Below the pieces are notes generated by a model that was not told the origin of the DNA, made no database searches, and worked only from the letters and a program-made list of their open reading frames with translations. The position numbers and the translations under genes are program-made. A DNA stretch of 63,680 nt, counting the filler, from Octopus bimaculoides (lineage: Eukaryota): the NCBI RefSeq assembly GCF_001194135.2. It is 8 parts of 8 records of this genome, joined end to end, with 100 filler letters (N's around TTAATTAATTAA, not from the genome) between each part and the next. Parts side by side here need not be neighbours in the genome. Positions count along the whole stretch, not along the records: positions 39,765 to 53,955 come from NC_068986.1; positions 54,056 to 56,069 come from NW_026365901.1; positions 56,170 to 62,459 come from NC_068985.1; positions 62,560 to 63,680 come from NC_068991.1; 4 more parts are not named here. One strand, 5' to 3'. Positions 51,871 through 63,680 of the stretch are shown here, piece by piece; positions within the stretch are counted from its first letter, which is position 1, and each line of letters opens with the position of its first letter.

Positions 51871-53401
51871 AGTATTTATACCAATCACATTGTTTCCACC
51901 TATTATTATAAAAAGGCAGCAACACACGCCATCCAGAAGATGGGACTGTGATGGTTTTGAAATGGTGGTTAAAAAAAAAAAGATAAATGTGAAACTAGAA
52001 CACAGCCCTGTTTTCAATATGACTGGACGAAAAGCTGTTCCTCATGCACAACATATTAGTTCCGGATTTGATCGCATTGCACACCATCTTGGGCCGCTTT
52101 ACTCTGTATGCTGCTGCTTACGAATCTACTGTTGCTTTGCCTGCTGCTACTACTCAATACTCTGCTTAAACTGTTATTACTCTAATATTTTTAGATAATT
52201 GCATAAAATAGTGATAATTACTTAATATCACTTACTTAATATGGCTTGCTTAATATACACAGGAAGTGTTCATACACACCCTTTCACCGATACGTAAAAC
52301 AAGCTTTATGAATCAAACGACATACAGCAACACGAATGCTCACATACACGTAGTCAAGCACACCCATATGCAAATACACGGCATAACAAGTTAAATGGAT
52401 ACTTAAATATACACATAAAAACACTTACAAAAATACATGTTACATTTTATAACCCTCCACACTTAACCAAACTAGGTCGATCCAGTGAGAGTATTTATAA
52501 GCGGTCATGCAACATACTAGAAATAACAGTCAATTTTCCCTTAAATCACATCTTTCTTTGTTAGAAAAGGATGCATTGAACAACGTGGTCTCCAGCTTGA
52601 TGCACATAGGGAAAAAATGGAGTGTTTGCCATCGGGATGATTTGATCATAAGTTAAATCAATCAGTATTGACCTGGGACAAAAGAACAGCAATTAATAAT
52701 TGTTTTTAAGCTAAAACCAGGTCATGCACTCGTTTGCACAAACAAAATAGCTCAATGAAACAAATAATTATACTTATTACATTATATGCAAATTCCATCC
52801 TGAATGGATTGCCTTCCTAGGCCGACATCCCCTCTCAGCCTGCAAAGCAAGTCATCTACGTGGATCTGATATTGTTTTCGAATTTCGCTATGGAGATTTC
52901 TGCAACGGCTTTGGTGCTAAACTGTATTTCACTCAGTCTTACTTTTGGATAACTTTTATAGCTTACAAGGAGGAGACTTGCTACTTCAGAAATTTCTTAT
53001 CTTCTATACTTCCTTTCCCAAGCTCTTACTTTACATTTTACAGAGGACAACAAAGCGGCAGCCTCGTTGTGATAAAACGACACAAGTAACAGGATCTAAT
53101 GGTTGTAAGCCTGTGTCCGATCGACATAGAGCAAGCTGAAAGTTTGCTTTTGACTGAGACTATCACGTCTCACTGCACACCTTTTTCCCGCCTCATATTT
53201 CGGAAGATATTTCTACTGGTTCAAGCACAGCTACACGTTCACTTTTCTCGGCTCTCCACGATTTATCTCTCCCCATTGTTAGAAAAAGCTTACATTCAAA
53301 CTACATCTAACAAAGACACATATTCACAAACATCATAATCACGTATACATACGCAAACATCCTCAGCACATAAAATAGTTGTTCTTATACTAACTATTGA
53401 A

Positions 53402-53720
53402 GGCGCATGGCTCCATGGTTAGAATAATGGGCTCACAATCAGGATGTAGTGAGTTCGATTCCCGGACCGGTTTGTGTGTTGTGTTCTTGAGCAAGACACT
53501 TTATTTCACGTAGCTCCAATTTACTCAACTGTAGAAATGAGTTGCAACGTCACTGGTGCCAAGTTATATCGGCTTTTGCCATTCTTCTGGATAACATCAG
53601 TGGCGTGGAGAGAGGAGACTAGTATGCATGGGCGACTACTGGTCTTCCACAAACAACTTTGCCCGAACTTGTGCCTCGGAGAGTAACTTTCTAGGGGCAA
53701 TCTGATGGTCATAACTTCTA
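53402..53720 (+). mobile_element. tRNA-SINE (ggcgcatggctc family)
   Basis: A-box tggctccatggttaga, B-box gagttcgattccc, ttgagcaagacacttt core. Confidence 0.8.
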
Positions 53721-53778
53721 TTGACATTTACTACGAAAAGTGGCAGGAAGGTGCGTTGGTCTGCCAAGTATGAACAGA

Positions 53779-53781
<3 letters not shown>

Positions 53782-53815
<34 letters not shown>

Positions 53816-53875
53816 GCGCCCTTTTAAAGCCTAGCCAGGCTCATGGGCCCGGTTTCCCGGTTTCTATGGCGTATG
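53782..53875 (-). mobile_element. 5'-truncated copy of the 3' tail of the 2207 SINE, ending in (TAA)n
   Basis: Reverse complement catacgccatagaaaccgggaaaccgggcccatgagcctggctaggctttaaaagggcgcat matches about 2443-2504. Confidence 0.85.
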
Positions 53876-54984
53876 GATTATTTGTCTTTAATTCTGCCGA
53901 GGTCGATTTTATCCCTTCATCTTTTTGGGGTCGATAAAGTAAGTACCAGTACAACNNNNNNNNNNNNNNNNNNNNNNNNNNNNNNNNNNNNNNNNNNNNT
54001 TAATTAATTAANNNNNNNNNNNNNNNNNNNNNNNNNNNNNNNNNNNNNNNNNNNNTGTAATATATATATGCATATATGTGTGTGTGTGTTCATATATGCA
54101 CACATATATATAATAATCATCATCACTTTTTATGTCAGTATGGTTATAAAAGCATGGCCAAATAGTTACGAAGTATTTTTCTCACCTAAGTTATTTCCTG
54201 ATCAGTTTCTCTGCATGGGCAAGTGTAACCGGAGATTCTGGATTGAATTCGTATATGGCGATTATATATGTATGCCTGTGTATGTGTGCATATGTATGCA
54301 TGTGTGCTTGTGGGTGTGTATATCTAAGTGTGTATGTGATTGGTATGTTCATACCCTCATTAAAATTGACTGAGAAGAAAAATGAACGCTGATAATATTC
54401 TTTATTGCCAATATTTGAAGATCCCAGTAAACAAAAGCCGCATAGACTAGCAGACGTGCAGACTAGCAAAACATGACTTATATGAAAAGCAAACAGGGTT
54501 TAGTGAAGGTAAGAGCACCCTGCCACAAAAACCTGTTTCAACAAATTTAATCGAAGTCCTGATATCATGGAAAAAAAGGATTCTAAAACAATGATGTTGA
54601 TAACGGTTTTGCTATAAAGGCATGTATTTGAGGAGACTTGTTGAAGCAGGATAATTTGATTGGATGTTTTTCATAATTTGACTTTTACTTGTTTTTCAAA
54701 TAATCTATTTAATTCTATGCATTCAGATGAACAGCTGAGTAACCAAAAATTTTGTTCGTGTATAACATACGCATTATATCCACTAGCTGAACAGAGCCAG
54801 CGTAAAAAGACTTGGCTAAAAATATATGCACGTGATTTGTCCATATCATTAAAGCTGTTTCAAATAGTCGCTGACTGGTTTATATAGATAAATACATATA
54901 ATAATAGTTGTCGCAACACTGAAGCACTCTTGTAATTATAGCTAAATGAAACAGGGAAGGAGAGAGAAAAAGAGAGAAAGAGAG

Positions 54985-55015
<31 letters not shown>

Positions 55016-55259
55016 GAGACGGAGGCATGAGTGTTTGTGTTCAAAAAGCCGTAGCGATGGCTCTGCAATTATAAAGTTCAATTCTCCACCAACTGATCTC
55101 GATCTCAGCGCCAATTCGTTGTGTCATGGACAAGCGCGTTTTACCATAGCCGTGAGTCAATCAATGCTTTGTAAATGAAATCGGAAACGAAAACTATCAT
55201 ATTTGTGTATGTGTGTGTAAATGTGTGTGTAAATGTGTGTAATGGCGTACGTGTTTGTA

Positions 55260-55870
55260 TCTACACGCAAGATAGGTAAGCCCTGTTCATTGTGCAACAA
55301 CAAGAGTAAAGTGAATTCCAGCAGAAATCACAACAGAAATGTTATGATTTATACAGAAGGTGGAACATGTAAAGATCCCCATTTGGTGTACGCTGCAGAA
55401 TGCACGAAACACAACTTAATTTATGTTGGTTTTACAACAGAACAATTAAACAAAAGGTTTAATGGGCACAGATTCGACGTCAACCACAATAACAGTAGTT
55501 CGACAGAATTTGCTGAACAGTTCATTTCAAGCGGCTGCAATTTTGAAGAAGACTTGAAAGTGCATATTCTCAGAGAATATTCTGAATCTGCTTCACTTTC
55601 ACTTCTCAGAATGTATGAGGAGAAATAGAGAAATATGTTTGCGGGTTATTAACATCACGCCCTGGAGGAATGAATAAGATGACAGGAGAATAATATCAAA
55701 TTCATACAAAACTGTTTGATTAAATATTCTTCTTTCTCTCTTTTTCTTTCCTTTTTTTCTGTCGTCTTCTTTTTCCTATATATTCTGTCTTTTTCTTTTC
55801 GCCTCTTATAAAATTGTAACTTAAAAACTGATGATGTCACACCATCAGCGTATGAACGTTGGTTGCTCTC
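55260..55870 (+). pseudogene. Penelope-like element 3' end: GIY-YIG endonuclease plus pseudo-LTR with degenerate hammerhead core
   Basis: HLVYAAECTKHNLIYVGFTTEQLNKRFNGHRFDV...EEK; frameshifted LLTSRPGGMN; ctgatga at 55828. Confidence 0.85.
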
Positions 55871-56169
55871 GTTCATACTTTACGTATAAATTTCTGTAAT
55901 TTTGAATTTTTATCACTTCTTATTTTGAACTTAACAAAGACAGACGTACTGTTGAAATATCGTTCAACTCATAAAATATCTTACAATCGAATTGCGCTCT
56001 TCGTCTTGACTGTTTGCTTTCGTGAAGAGTTACGTCAATCCTTTTTAAAATATGAAAATAATGATGATGNNNNNNNNNNNNNNNNNNNNNNNNNNNNNNN
56101 NNNNNNNNNNNNNTTAATTAATTAANNNNNNNNNNNNNNNNNNNNNNNNNNNNNNNNNNNNNNNNNNNN

Positions 56170-56542
56170 GATTCACTTGCAAAGTGTTGAGTAAAATTAT
56201 TTTGTTGCAGACCTCCGGCCATTTTGTTCTGTTGTTAATTCTGTAGATGACCTCAAACACAAAGTCTTTCCCAACTTTAAACAAAACTACCAAAATCACA
56301 ATTGGCTATGTGAAAGAGCAATATTAGCTCCAAAAAACGTAGCTGTTACAAAAATTAATCAACACCTGATGCATTCTCTTCCCGGCAATCTTCAAACTTA
56401 CAAGTCTGTTGATACAGTTCCAGATACAAATGAAGTGGTGAACTATCCTCCTGAATTTCTCAATTCGTTGGAGCCTCCAGGACTACCTCCCCACATATTA
56501 TCACTTAAAGTTGGAACGCTTGTAATGCTGCTCCGCAATCTT
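56170..56542 (+). pseudogene. Helitron PIF1-family helicase fragment, cut by a SINE fragment
   Basis: WLCERAILAPKNVAV..IN...YKSVDTV...YPPEFLNSLEPPGLPPHILSLKVGTLVMLLRNL. Confidence 0.92.
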
Positions 56543-59094
56543 GAGCAAAATACTTCATTTCATGTTGCTCCAGTCCATTCAGCTTATAAAAGGGTAACCC
56601 TATGACAAAATAGCCTTCTGTGCTCACCTTACCAGTGGTGGTGGCACCATTAAAAAGCTACAACAATGCAAGGAAGTGCATTGTGACCAGTGGTATATAA
56701 AAACATCCGACAGCCTGGTCAACACCGTCGTATGACTGCTACTTATTTCATTCAGCCAAGGGAAATAAATTGCAAATTAAGGCCAGTGAGATTTGAACAC
56801 ACACCGTAGTAGGATAACAATATTAACACTTTAGCATTTAAATTAGTCCATTGAATGCAATGCTTGTTTATTCATGTTGTTTTGAATTATTCAAACAATA
56901 TTTTATACCTTCAAGATTTCGATGATGTGATTGTTTGGTTCTAGCTGAACATTGTAGAGTAAGGTCAGTGAGGCCAGATCTGGCCAGTTCGAGCATAAAA
57001 CTTGTTAAATATTTTGGCCAGATACGGCCAGTTTAAATGCCAAAGGGCTAATGACTAAAATCAAGTTATTACACTAATCATTATAAGTTGTTATTCACTG
57101 TAAAGTCACCTTTCGGTAGTGCTGGAAGTATTCAGAACTCTAAAGTTCAGTAAGAGGTTGCTAAGAGCTCCGAAAGAAATAGTTGTAATCAGATTAATTA
57201 TACGCAAATGCATTTTTCAATCGTTTTTGTATTCAGTTCTTTATTTCTAATTGTATTATATGTGCAAAGTATGTTTGCGATCATTTGTAACTGGTAAGAA
57301 GACCCTCATTGTAAATATGACCTCTTGAAATTGTAGGGAAATTTGGTCTAAACAAGTCTTGGTTAAGATGAAATTGCTTAAATATTCTTTGTGGCACCTG
57401 AAGGACTTAGCACCACCAAACATCTCAAAATTTAATTTTATGAATGAGAAAGAAAATGTTTAATAAAGACGTATAATAATTTACATGTAGGAATTCTTTT
57501 GAGACATGGAATGCATTTCATGGATTATCTAAGAATAAGATCATTGAGAAATGTTGCCTTACAGCATCAGATGAAGAATTAAAAGAAATATCCAGAGAGG
57601 TGTTTAAAAAATGGAAAGGTATCCTAGTGCCCTGTTAATATCCTTATTTGAATTGAACTCAGTACCTATTTATTCACCAGTACTTTCTCAATAATTTGGT
57701 CACCGATTTACTGTCTTTTCTATCTCTTCTTTTTCTACAACAACAATCACTGCTTCTTTTAACTTTATTTCCTCTTTTAGTGGTTGAGTGTAAATAAGAT
57801 GTTACCACTAATTTTGTGTGAGAAATGCAATAGGGAAATGAGACATCAAAGTAAGTATTTGCAGTTGACTCACAGATAGGTCGTACTATACTCTGGGGAG
57901 GTACATGGCACTTTTTAACATAAATATAACTAATATTTGTTAAATATCATCAAATATTCACCATTATTTCAAAACTTTGCTTACAAAACTTAAAACATTT
58001 TTTGCAGAAGTGACTTAATTGATAAATCAACCCAACAAATTCTTGTTTTTGATGACATCTCTTTACGTCTTCTACATGTTCTATCTTAGTTTTGTCTTCT
58101 TCACAATAGCTTATGCTATTTGGGTGTTCTTGTAGGTAACTTAACTCAATTTGGTTTTGTTCCTGTCTTATATCAAATTGATCTTTTGAGTATCTTACCT
58201 GAGGCTGGTATTCTGCTTTTGCCACTTGGTGATCTACCGTGGTTTGGTCTTCATCTCGTTGAAGCTTGGAATAGAAACAACCCTATAAAAAAATATAATA
58301 TCATATGAATAAATTCCTCATTATTTAATTTCATCTTCATCATCATCATCATTTAGATTGTACAGGCATCTCACATAATACAGAAGTATTACAATACTGA
58401 AAATCTTACTATAATGTAGAATTCTGTAATACTACATCTTCCTTGTCGTCATTGTCGCTGTCGCCACCATCAACATTATTTAATGTCCATGTTCCATGCT
58501 GGCATGGAATAAACCATGTGACAGGATCTGGTAAATCACAAGGCTGTGTCAAGTCCCACTATCAGCTTTGGCAAGGTTTCTATGGCTGGATGCCCTTCCT
58601 AAAGTCAACTACACTACAAAGTGTATCTGGTGCTCTTTTCATGTCATTGGCACTAATGGAGTTGCTAAATAACTTGCAAGACAGAAAAAAAACAAAGAAA
58701 AAGGAAAAGGAGAAAGCTTCTGCTATAAAGTGGGGATGGGGGAGTATTTGAGATGGGGAGGTGGCTTTATACCAGGTGTTGAAAGTCTAAAATATAAAAG
58801 AGGGACAAGAACAGGCAACTTGGTATAGAGGAGCTACATGGCTATCCCACATTATATAGGTGCGGGAGTAGTTGAGAAGAAGATAAAAGAAGGTAGTGAT
58901 GGAGTACCAGAGCAAATACTCAAAGTACAAGAAAGGTGAGCATAAAAGAGGAGACAGGCTGTGGGTCATAGGATGGAAAGTAAGAGAGAGTAAATACTTC
59001 ATAAGAGTGTGTATGGAAACTAAGAGATGTTCAGAGGTGAAGGTAGAGGTGAATGTAGAACATGATGAACAAGAGTAGAAATGGTGAGAATATA

Positions 59095-59294
59095 CAAGGG
59101 GGTGGTGAAAAGTTCCTGGCTTTAAGGACATCGCAAAAGGCCTGGTTGGAGTTCTTTTACAGGGCTTAGAAAAACTGAAGGGCGGCTGTAATAAGTGTGT
59201 CCATCTGAGACGGGAATATGTTGAATAAAATCATAACTAACTGATCCTCCAGTGTTTTCCTTTACCCAAAACTAGAAACTTTTCAGCACTTCCT
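59095..59294 (+). mobile_element. Non-autonomous mariner
   Basis: ggtggtgaaaagttcctggcttt / aaaactagaaacttttcagcact ends; LQGLEKLKGGCNKCVHLRREYVE*. Confidence 0.75.
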
Positions 59295-59323
59295 TATATA
59301 TCAATCTATCTATATCAGTGTGC

Positions 59324-59359
<36 letters not shown>

Positions 59360-59677
59360 TAGCAGTGCACCCCAGCATTGCCCAGGTGTTATGACCTTAT
59401 GACCTACAGCCACATTGTATTATTTGTTCCTTTCTTATGGACAGAATCAGTACACAAGGAGTATGAAGTAAGCAACTCTTCTTTATAAACATGTTTTTCT
59501 GTCATTTTCTGATGAACAATGCTGCAGTTTCCGTCTACCAAATTCAGTCACAAGTCTGTTGTTCGCCTACGGCTATAGTAGAAAGCACTTGCCCAAGGTA
59601 CCATGCAGAGGGACTAAACGTGGAACCATGTGGTTGGGAAGCAAACCTCTCAACCACACAGTCATTCTTGCACTTAA

Positions 59678-59720
<43 letters not shown>

Positions 59721-60407
59721 ACATTTGGTGTTAAACCTAGTATTATGTCCCACTATGTCTCAAAGTTTATCAAGTAGAGATCTATAAAATAAACGTCAGA
59801 TTGAAATACATACTGATGTCAGTATGATCAATTAAATTTTTGAGAGTGATACCTTGTTGGCGTTAGGAAGGGCATCCAGCTGTAGAAACTCTGCCAGATT
59901 AGATTGGAGCTTGGTGCAGCCTTCTGGCTTGCCAGTCCTCAGTCAAATCGTCCAACCCATGCTAGCATGGAAAGCAGACGTTAAACGATCATGATGATGA
60001 TGATGATACCCCATCATGGCGACAGTCGAAAGACTAAAGCCAATAAAATAATGTTTAAAGACTTAATGGCTTCAAATTTAAGGTAATGGATTACTAACCA
60101 CAAGATAATGAATTCAAAACTTTGTATTGAAACTCTATGCGATTACACTATATGTACATCTCAGTCTATTTGTTGAGGCAGAGTCGCCTCCCTTAGCCTC
60201 AAAATTGTGTCACCCGACATGGTTTTCGAGGTCATTTTTGTAGTAGAAAAGAGCTGTTGTGCAAAAAAGTATACTTTATTTAGTAGCCGAAAGATTACTG
60301 AATCTTTTGATATTCGTCAAAATTAGCATCTCAGTTTTCGAATCTATAAGGAATATATGCACACACACACACACTCTGTTTTATTCTATTCACGACAAAA
60401 ATATAGG

Positions 60408-60573
60408 CGTAGGAGTGGATCTGTGGTAAGTAGCTTACTTACCAACAACATGGTTCCGGGTTCAGTCCCACTGCGTGGCACCTTGGGCACGCGTCTAAAG
60501 TCTTGTGAGTGGATTTAGTAGACGGAAACTGAAAGAAGCTTGTTGTATATATGTGTGTCTGTTTGTCCCCCCC
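60408..60573 (+). mobile_element. SINE (ggcgtaggagtgg family)
   Basis: ggcgtaggagtggatctgtggtaagtagc...ccgggttcagtcccactgcgtggcaccttgggca. Confidence 0.85.
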
Positions 60574-61007
60574 NNNNNNNNNNNNNNNNNNNNNNNNNNN
60601 NNNNNNNNNNNNNNNNNNNNNNNNNNNNNNNNNNNNNNNNNNNNNNNNNNNNNNNNNNNNNNNNNNNNNNNNNNNNNNNNNNNNNNNNNNNNNNNNNNNN
60701 NNNNNNNNNNNNNNNNNNNNNNNNNNNNNNNNNNNNNNNNNNNNNNNNNNNNNNNNNNNNNNNNNNNNNNNNNNNNNNNNNNNNNNNNNNNNNNNNNNNN
60801 NNNNNNNNNNNNNNNNNNNNNNNNNNNNNNNNNNNNNNNNNNNNNNNNNNNNNNNNNNNNNNNNNNNNNNNNNNNNNNNNNNNNNNNNNNNNNNNNNNNN
60901 NNNNNNNNNNNNNNNNNNNNNNNNNNNNNNNNNNNNNNNNNNNNNNNNNNNNNNNNNNNNNNNNNNNTATATATATATATATACCCCCAACCCCTAACTC
61001 TCTCACG

Positions 61008-61040
<33 letters not shown>

Positions 61041-61588
61041 GAGCATATGCATATATACGTACATGTATGTACATACCTACATCTACTTGTATATATAGAT
61101 GCATATCTGGGTACAGGACGTTGCAAACAAAACGTAGACAAAATGATAAACAGAGTACAGAAAACACACAGGCCACATAGAAACATTTCCTTCATCAGCT
61201 GTGTGTGTATGTGTATGTCAGTGCTTGTCCTCCACTGCCGCTTGACAACTGGTGTTGAAAAAAATAAGTATTAGGTTCTATTCATTCAACTAAAAATTCA
61301 AGGTGATGCCCCAGCAAGGCCGCAGTCTAATGAAAAACAAATAAAAGATAAAACACACACGCACACATACATATATATAATAAATAGCTTTGACAAATAA
61401 GTATAATTCGATTAGCGTGTTTAAATACTGAGTAGAGCACAGGCACAGTTTAGGCTACCTGTTGTCATCTGCAGTTGTGGTACACTTCTGTTGGATTTAC
61501 TTCAGGAACTCTGCAGTAGCAGTTAGGGTAATAGGGTAATAGTATTAATTAAAAGTAGGCGATGGATTTCGTATTAGACTTTTATTGG

Positions 61589-61631
61589 GTACAACATGTT
61601 TCGACCCATCCGTTTGGGTCTTTTCAGGTAC
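61589..61631 (-). ncRNA. Minimal type I hammerhead ribozyme motif with one core substitution (CUGAAAA instead of CUGANGA)
   Basis: GUAC-CUGAAAA-GACCCA(AACGGA)UGGGUC-GAAA-CAUGUU-GUAC: stem I 4 bp, stem II 6 bp, palindromic stem III. Confidence 0.6.
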
Positions 61632-61855
61632 ATTGATAAAGATTTTAGTGTCGGCTGACTTGTTGTTATATGCCCAACGAGTTAGTGAATGCATAAAAGC
61701 GAATAATATTATAGAAACACAAAAAATTCAAACATGAACGTGGAAATCTTGCATTCCAGTTTAGATAAAATGAGTTAATATATATCCCTTCTGATCATTT
61801 CTAAGTGTAACCACATGTAGATCGTTGGCGATGTCCTTTCCTCCATCTCCTGTTT

Positions 61856-61880
61856 CTGACGAAGAACTTTACTCGAAACT
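61856..61880 (+). ncRNA. Degenerate hammerhead core in a Penelope-type pseudo-LTR
   Basis: CTGACGA-A-gaactttactc-GAAAC; stem II partly broken. Confidence 0.45.
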
Positions 61881-62829
61881 TTCCTTTCTTTCCCTGAGCG
61901 TCTGCTAATACTTTGCATGTACCATGTCCTCGCGTTGTTTTTTTCCTGTTCTGTTTTTCCTCGTTCTTATTTATTTATTTTGGATTAATTATATATATAT
62001 AAAGTGGTGGTATGTTGTCAACTTAATGCGACAGTCCCATGAAAGGAAATGATACTAGTGCTATTTAGCCCTAGGAAGGACCGTTTCCTGTCGGCCTTGA
62101 CACATTTCCTGTGTCCTTATGTTTACAAAGTGGGAGATAAGCACCCTCATGGCCTGACGCACAGTCCCGCCTCCCGAAACTGACCTTTCTGTTTTTCTTT
62201 CTTTTTTTTTTGTCTCACTGGATTCCTGTTTTCGACGACGGAGATTCCGAATATGCAAAAACTATGTTTTCAAAATTTTCAATTCCCCTCTCCGCACCCT
62301 CATTTTTAATTTTTAACTTTTTTTTCAAATTTTTTTGTTCAATCTACATGGAAAAGTACGGAGATTAAGAATATGGGCGGGGGGAACAAACTTTAATTCC
62401 AAATTCCGACATAATCATAATCTACACCATCTGAAAGGTATTTGTAGAAAATTTCATTANNNNNNNNNNNNNNNNNNNNNNNNNNNNNNNNNNNNNNNNN
62501 NNNTTAATTAATTAANNNNNNNNNNNNNNNNNNNNNNNNNNNNNNNNNNNNNNNNNNNNTATATATAAAAGTTCCTTTATAAAGGAAATTTTATTTATAT
62601 GCGTTTTGCTCCATTTATTATTATTATTCATATCTACTCAAAATGCATCGCTTTAACTTGGTATCCCTACCTATATATATAAAACGGGTGTGATACCCTG
62701 TTTTTTTTTATTGTGATTTTTGCTACCCATGGTAACTATTAACATATTTACATTGTCAAGGGATTTTTTAAAACTGAGATAATATTAATATATACATAAA
62801 CTTATCTCTCTCTCTCTCTCTCATATATA

Positions 62830-62862
<33 letters not shown>

Positions 62863-63448
62863 ATATATTTATTGTAACATATATTGCGAATATTATGTGT
62901 GTTGTGTCGTNNNNNNNNNNTATATATTTATTGTAACATATATTGCGAATATTATGTGTGTTGTGTCGTTACCAATAAATATAGCAGGAGATTTCACCGC
63001 AAAAAATCTAAATTAGACTCCTTAGGGATATTAGCGTCAAATCTCTCTCTCAAATGTAAAAATTTTTAACTTTGGATATATATATATATATATTATATAT
63101 ATATAGTGAATATTATGTGTGTGTTCTGCTTTGTTTAATGGTTGCAGTTGAATCAATCGGTGTGCTTAGACAATGTCAGAGGATGTTGTGATTATTTTTA
63201 TCATCAACGCTATTGTTATTTTTTGCCATCGTGTTTAATACATCAATAATAATTATAATATAATAATACTGTTATTTATTGTATCTTTCCTTTATTTTGG
63301 TTCTTTCTCATTCCCCATTTCTTTTATTATTTAAATAGGCTTTTTAATTAATCATATATACATATATATATATATAGACACACAAATTAATTTGTATGTT
63401 ACGTATATGTATATCCACTAGACTTGTGGTTTTCATTATAGCATTATG

Positions 63449-63490
<42 letters not shown>

Positions 63491-63680
63491 CCAACACCAG
63501 AGAGTAGGGAAAATTGATAATGTGCGATGTTCATGTTATTTCAACAATAAAATAATCGAATCGATTCTAACCACAAGTACGAAAATCGATGTATTTGATG
63601 GTAAGGAAAGATGTTTGAAGTAGCTGTGATGTTCATGCCTCTTTTCTGTCTGTCTGTTTGTCTCTCTCTCTCTCTCTCTC

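Noticed and set aside
52751-53089. Start-less open frame of about 112 codons
   Set aside because: No recognisable motif or convincing splice pair; a few such frames are expected by chance in a window this size.
57180-58300. Possible decayed transposase or LINE on the minus strand
   Set aside because: Only faint, stop-riddled similarity; family cannot be supported without a search.

Overview
AT-rich, heavily gapped eukaryotic DNA dense in microsatellites and decayed transposons. The SINE/LINE families and the N-flanked TTAATTAATTAA gap markers suggest a cephalopod (Octopus-like) draft assembly; this is inference. I can name no host gene. There are only a few low-confidence exon candidates near 8.0-8.3, 12.9, 17.0-17.2, 18.0 and 32.4 kb. 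The supported content is a TE mosaic: Helitron Rep-side and helicase fragments, RTE-clade LINEs, R4/Dong-type RLE LINE pieces, a CR1-like RT piece, Penelope GIY-YIG pieces with hammerhead-ribozyme remnants, a young Gypsy LTR plus gag, Tc1/mariner and hAT deletion derivatives, MITEs and several tRNA-SINE families, two of them in dense arrays. Most worth follow-up: (1) an RTE LINE with twin-priming-type 5' inversion geometry and a 19-bp amplified end; (2) a Gypsy LTR whose primer-binding position is complementary to the 5' end of tRNA-Phe instead of a tRNA 3' CCA end; (3) an RFX X-box next to a perfect 22-bp palindrome carrying two CCAAT boxes; (4) several long hairpins, including a 205-bp imperfect foldback; (5) near-canonical hammerhead motifs; (6) oppositely oriented SINE arrays that could form long dsRNA. 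Family assignments come from remembered motifs, not from database searches.
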